Of a DNA stretch of 37,009 bases, positions 33,349-37,009 are shown piece by piece. Under the pieces are notes generated by a model. That model searched no databases. It saw only the letters and a program-made list of their open reading frames with translations, and was not told the origin of the DNA. This DNA comes from Octopus bimaculoides (lineage: Eukaryota). Every line of letters begins with the position of its first letter. The stretch's first letter is position 1. Location of the stretch: contig NC_068991.1 of assembly GCF_001194135.2 (NCBI RefSeq), forward strand, positions 31,879,364 to 31,916,372. The letters run 5' to 3'. Made by a program: the position numbers and the translations under genes.

Positions 33349-34102
33349 NNNNNNNNNNNNNNNNNNNNNNNNNNNNNNNNNNNNNNNNNNNNNNNNNNNN
33401 NNNNNNNNNNNNNNNNNNNNNNNNNNNNNNNNNNNNNNNNNNNNNNNNNNNNNNNNNNNNNNNNNNNNNNNNNNNNNNNNNNNNNNNNNNNNNNNNNNNN
33501 NNNNNNNNNNNNNNNNNNNNNNNNNNNNNNNNNNNNNNNNNNNNNNNNNNNNNNNNNNNNNNNNNNNNNNNNNNNNNNNNNNNNNNNNNNNNNNNNNNNN
33601 NNNNNNNNNNNNNNNNNNNNNNNNNNNNNNNNNNNNNNNNNNNNNNNNNNNNNNNNNNNNNNNNNNNNNNNNNNNNNNNNNNNNNNNNNNNNNNNNNNNN
33701 NNNNNNNNNNNNNNNNNNNNNNNNNNNNNNNNNNNNNNNNNNNNNNNNNNNNNNNNNNNNNNNNNNNNNNNNNNNNNNNNNNNNNNNNNNNNNNNNNNNN
33801 NNNNNNNNNNNNNNNNNNNNNNNNNNNNNNNNNNNNNNNNNNNNNNNNNNNNNNNNNNNNNNNNNNNNNNNNNNNNNNNNNNNNNNNNNNNNNNNNNNNN
33901 NNNNNNNNNNNNNNNNNNNNNNNNNNNNNNNNNNNNNNNNNNNNNNNNNNNNNNNNNNNNNNNNNNNNNNNNNNNNNNNNNNNNNNNNNNNNNNNNNNNN
34001 NNNNNNNNNNNNNNNNNNNNNNNNNNNNNNNNNNNNNNNNNNNNNNNNNNNNNNNNNNNNNNNNNNNNNNNNNNNNNNNNNNNNNNNNNNNNNNNNNNNN
34101 NN

Positions 34103-34782
34103 ATGGGTACCCAGCACACTTTTTAGCATTACAGAATTGGCAATTGAAGCGCATTTCCCCTATATTTATGTCAGTGCGGATGGAGTAATTAAAGTTGGGC
34201 TCATACTTGAAAGCCCGTAGGTGCCAGTAAGGGCTGTTGGGACTCATCACACTGCACGCAGCTTCTCGCCGTCAACTGTTCCGCTGCAATGTAGAACGTT
34301 GCCCGTGTTGGTCATGGGAAGTAGCAGAAGCCACATTTTCAATGGTAATGGACCGCCCATCTGCATCTTCAGAAGCCATGGAAGCAGTCATAGCGGCAGC
34401 GTTCGTAGCAAGGCGAGTCGTCCATTGTTCCAAACGTTCGGAAGACTTGGAAGCAGCAGTAGCCGCAGTGTTTGTATCTAGTCAAGTGCCCCTTTGTTCT
34501 TGGCCCTCTGAAGCCCTGGAAGCAGCCTTAGCAGCAGCATTTCTAGCCAGGCAAGTTACCCTTTGTTCTGGGCCCTCTGTAACCCTGGAAGCAGCATTGT
34601 ATGAAGCCATTTTGGCTAGGCGTATGGTGTGCTGTTGGAAACTTTCAGCAGCTCGGCATTCCACAGAATGTAAGGCGGTCATGTGAAAGTCTACAAGGAG
34701 TTGGGTCGGAGGACTTGTTTACTCTAATCGCCTTTAGCACCAGTGCTGATATGGTATGGTGACTCCGTTTTTTCAGTGGCAT
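34103..34782 (-). pseudogene. Helitron Rep/helicase N-terminus with 23-aa STPR-like repeats and first zinc-binding motif
   Basis: MPLKKRS... (frameshift), four 23-aa repeats (RVTEGPEQRVTCLARNAAAKAAS), then AFKYEPNFNY....INIGEMRFNCQFCNAKK, resembling the Helitron AF.YDP..DY...IG.M...C..C.A.K motif. The two in-frame TGAs are plausibly CGA decay. Confidence 0.8.
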
Positions 34783-35698
34783 TTCATGTCCCAAAGAAAG
34801 GGTGAAAGTTACTTGTACAGCGAAATTGTCTTGGAAAGTATGTGTAAAATTGAAGGGGGAAAAGGGTGATAAGAAACGGCAAATAAATAAATAAACTGAC
34901 AGGCATTTGTATGTATGTATGAGTGTGTATTTTCTCTCTCTCTCTCTATATATATATATGGTAGTAAGTAAATGTTTTAAAAAAGATCTTCAAAAAACTC
35001 AGTTTGTAGGGAATAAATGTTTGTTGATTGTATTTGAAAAAGATTGAGAGGTATTTGTATGCATGTGTGTATTTGTATGTATGTGTGTATTTGTATGTAT
35101 GTATGTATGTATGTGCACAGTCTCTCTATATATATGGTAGTAANNNNNNNNNNNNNNNNNNNNNNNNNNNNNNNNNNNNNNNNNNNNNNNNNNNNNNNNN
35201 NNNNNNNNNNNNNNNNNNNNNNNNNNNNNNNNNNNNNNNNNNNNNNNNNNNNNNNNNNNNNNNNNNNNNNNNNNNNNNNNNNNNNNNNNNNNNNNNNNNN
35301 NNNNNNNNNNNNNNNNNNNNNNNNNNNNNNNNNNNNNNNNNNNNNNNNNNNNNNNNNNNNNNNNNNNNNNNNNNNNNNNNNNNNNNNNNNNNNNNNNNNN
35401 NNNNNNNNNNNNNNNNNNNNNNNNNNNNNNNNNNNNNNNNNNNNNNNNNNNNNNNNNNNNNNNNNNNNNNNNNNNNNNNNNNNNNNNNNNNNNNNNNNNN
35501 NNNNNNNNNNNNNNNNNNNNNNNNNNNNNNNNNNNNNNNNNNNNNNNNNNNNNNNNNNNNNNNNNNNNNNNNNNNNNNNNNNNNNNNNNNNNNNNNNNNN
35601 NNNNNNNNNNNNNNNNNNNNNNNNNNNNNNNNNNNNNNNNNNNNNNNNNNNNNNNNNNNNNNNNNNNNNNNNNNNNNNNNNNNNNNNNNNNNNNNNNN

Positions 35699-35788
35699 GT
35701 GTTTAGGGTTAGGGTTAGGATCGACCACTCACGACTAGCTAGCGCGAACGCGCGACTGCGCGGTCGGGACCGTGCTGCTTTAGTAGTA

Positions 35789-35790
<2 letters not shown>
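35699..35790. mobile_element. Right arm of a palindromic MITE-like element with TTAGGG repeats
   Basis: GTTTAGGGTTAGGGTTAGGATCGACC...GCTTTAGTAGTACC followed by (TA)n; the left half would lie in the gap. Confidence 0.6.
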
Positions 35791-35821
<31 letters not shown>

Positions 35822-36833
35822 TAATAAGTAAATGTGTTTTTAAAAAATTTTTTTAAAAACTCACACTTTGTAGGGAATAAATGTTTGTCGATCGTATTTG
35901 AAAAAGATGTATCGCTATTTTTTTTTTGTTGTTAACATGGTGAAGGACAGTGTTAGAAATGGAAAGTGAACTTACAATTCCCGCCAATTAGAATGAGGTC
36001 ATCGGTAACCATAGGTACATATATATGTGTAGATATGTGTGCATTTACGTATGATTGGTAGTGTGTCTGTTTATTTGAATCTCACTCTTTCTCCTACATT
36101 TCTTTCTGTCATTTTTTCTTAGATCATTTGTAAACGTTCATCAGAGAAAGTAGCAGTTGAAACGATTTGTAATAGGAGTAGAAAGAGTAAATTAGAGTGT
36201 ATTATTAGGGAAAATGATGTATGTAGTTTTATCGATTTTTTTCGTAATTAAGAGTTATTTTGACTGAAAAAAATGACCCTGTGACCTACGTTAAGGTATT
36301 TAGAATATTAATTCCACTTTTTTCATCCACTAAATTTGGAATTGTGTAAATGTATAAATTTTAAACANNNNNNNNNNTGTGTATTTGTATGTATGTGTGT
36401 ATTTGTATGTATGTATGTATGTATGTGCACAGTCTCTCTATATATATGGTAGTAAGTAAATGTGTTTTAAAAAAGATTTTCAAAAAACTCAGTTTGTAGG
36501 GAATAAATGTTTGACTGTCGATGTGAAAGTTACTTATACAGAGAAATTGTCTTGGAAAGTATGCGTAAAATTGAAGGGGGAAAGGGTGATAAGAAATGGC
36601 AAATAAAAAAAAACTGACAGGTATTTGTACGTATGTGTGTATTGTCTCTCTCTCTCTATATATATATGGTAGTAAGTAAGTGTGTTTTAAGAAAGATTTT
36701 CAAAAAATTCAGTTTGTAGGGAATAAATGTTTGACTGTCGATCATATTTGAAAAAGACTGACAGATATTTGTATGTATGTGTGCATTTGTACGCATGTAT
36801 GAGTATATATTGTCTGTATATATATATATATAT

Positions 36834-37009
36834 GGTACTACTAAAGCAGCACGGTCCCGAACGCACAGTCGCGCGTCCGCGCTAGCTAGTCGTGAGTGGT
36901 CAATCCTAACCCTATCCCTAACCCTAACCTGCGTGTGCAAATGAATACGTGTTTAGGGTTAGGGTTAGGATCGACCACTCACGACTAGCTAGCGCGAACG
37001 CGCGACTGC
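36834..37009. mobile_element. Palindromic MITE-like element with internal CCCTAA/TTAGGG repeats (continues past the window)
   Basis: Left arm 36834-36929, 21-bp spacer, right arm from 36951; preceded by (TA)n. Confidence 0.65.

Larger units (their letters stand above)
34803..37009. repeat. Compound tandem array upstream of the Helitron ORF
   Basis: 34803-35030 resembles 36523-36750; about 35070-35143 recurs at about 36380-36455; GGTAGTAAGTAAATG...GTAGGGAATAAATGTTTG recurs after each (TA)n. Confidence 0.8.

Noticed and set aside
8587-35738. Long ORFs in the track spanning N-runs or made of YI/HT/CV repeats
   Set aside because: Artefacts of assembly gaps (8839-9054, 15897-16455, 28350-28449, 33349-34102, 35144-35698, 36368-36377) and microsatellites.
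35976-36012. Possible first exon ATG...MVTDDLILIGGN|gtaagt on the minus strand
   Set aside because: It has no UBA similarity, lies in the Helitron-associated array, and gives TAA with the first acceptor (open only with the second NAG). Unsupported without transcripts.
36901-36970. TTAGGG repeats as a true telomere or chromosome fusion
   Set aside because: Only 2-4 degenerate units embedded in longer non-telomeric inverted arms present in two copies.

Overview
Eukaryotic, AT-rich, repeat-dense window from a draft assembly with six N-gaps. The repeat families and microsatellite load suggest an octopus genome (inference). One host gene is present: a minus-strand UBXN1/SAKS1-like p97 adaptor. 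Eight coding exons (31585 to 4771) join at AG/GT sites with matching phases into 289 aa: an acidic 7-aa repeat, a C2H2 finger, a coiled coil and a UBX domain. The N-terminal UBA exons are not visible. Introns and flanks hold decayed mobile elements: RTE-group LINEs (one near full length, many 3' tails), CR1-like RT remnants, two Penelope-like GIY-YIG remnants, tRNA-derived SINEs, a hAT (Buster/Charlie-type) element, two mariner fragments and a Helitron N-terminus. The most striking unexplained signal is a set of hammerhead ribozyme (HHR) motifs in three unrelated repeat families: (1) a 457-bp palindromic insertion with a 12-bp TSD and two back-to-back HHR cores whose stem-I partners look swapped by an inverted 15-bp spacer; (2) a large fold-back element ending in a near-intact HHR; (3) a tRNA-headed SINE carrying a CpG-decayed HHR. 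All calls are by eye; no searches or folding programs were run.
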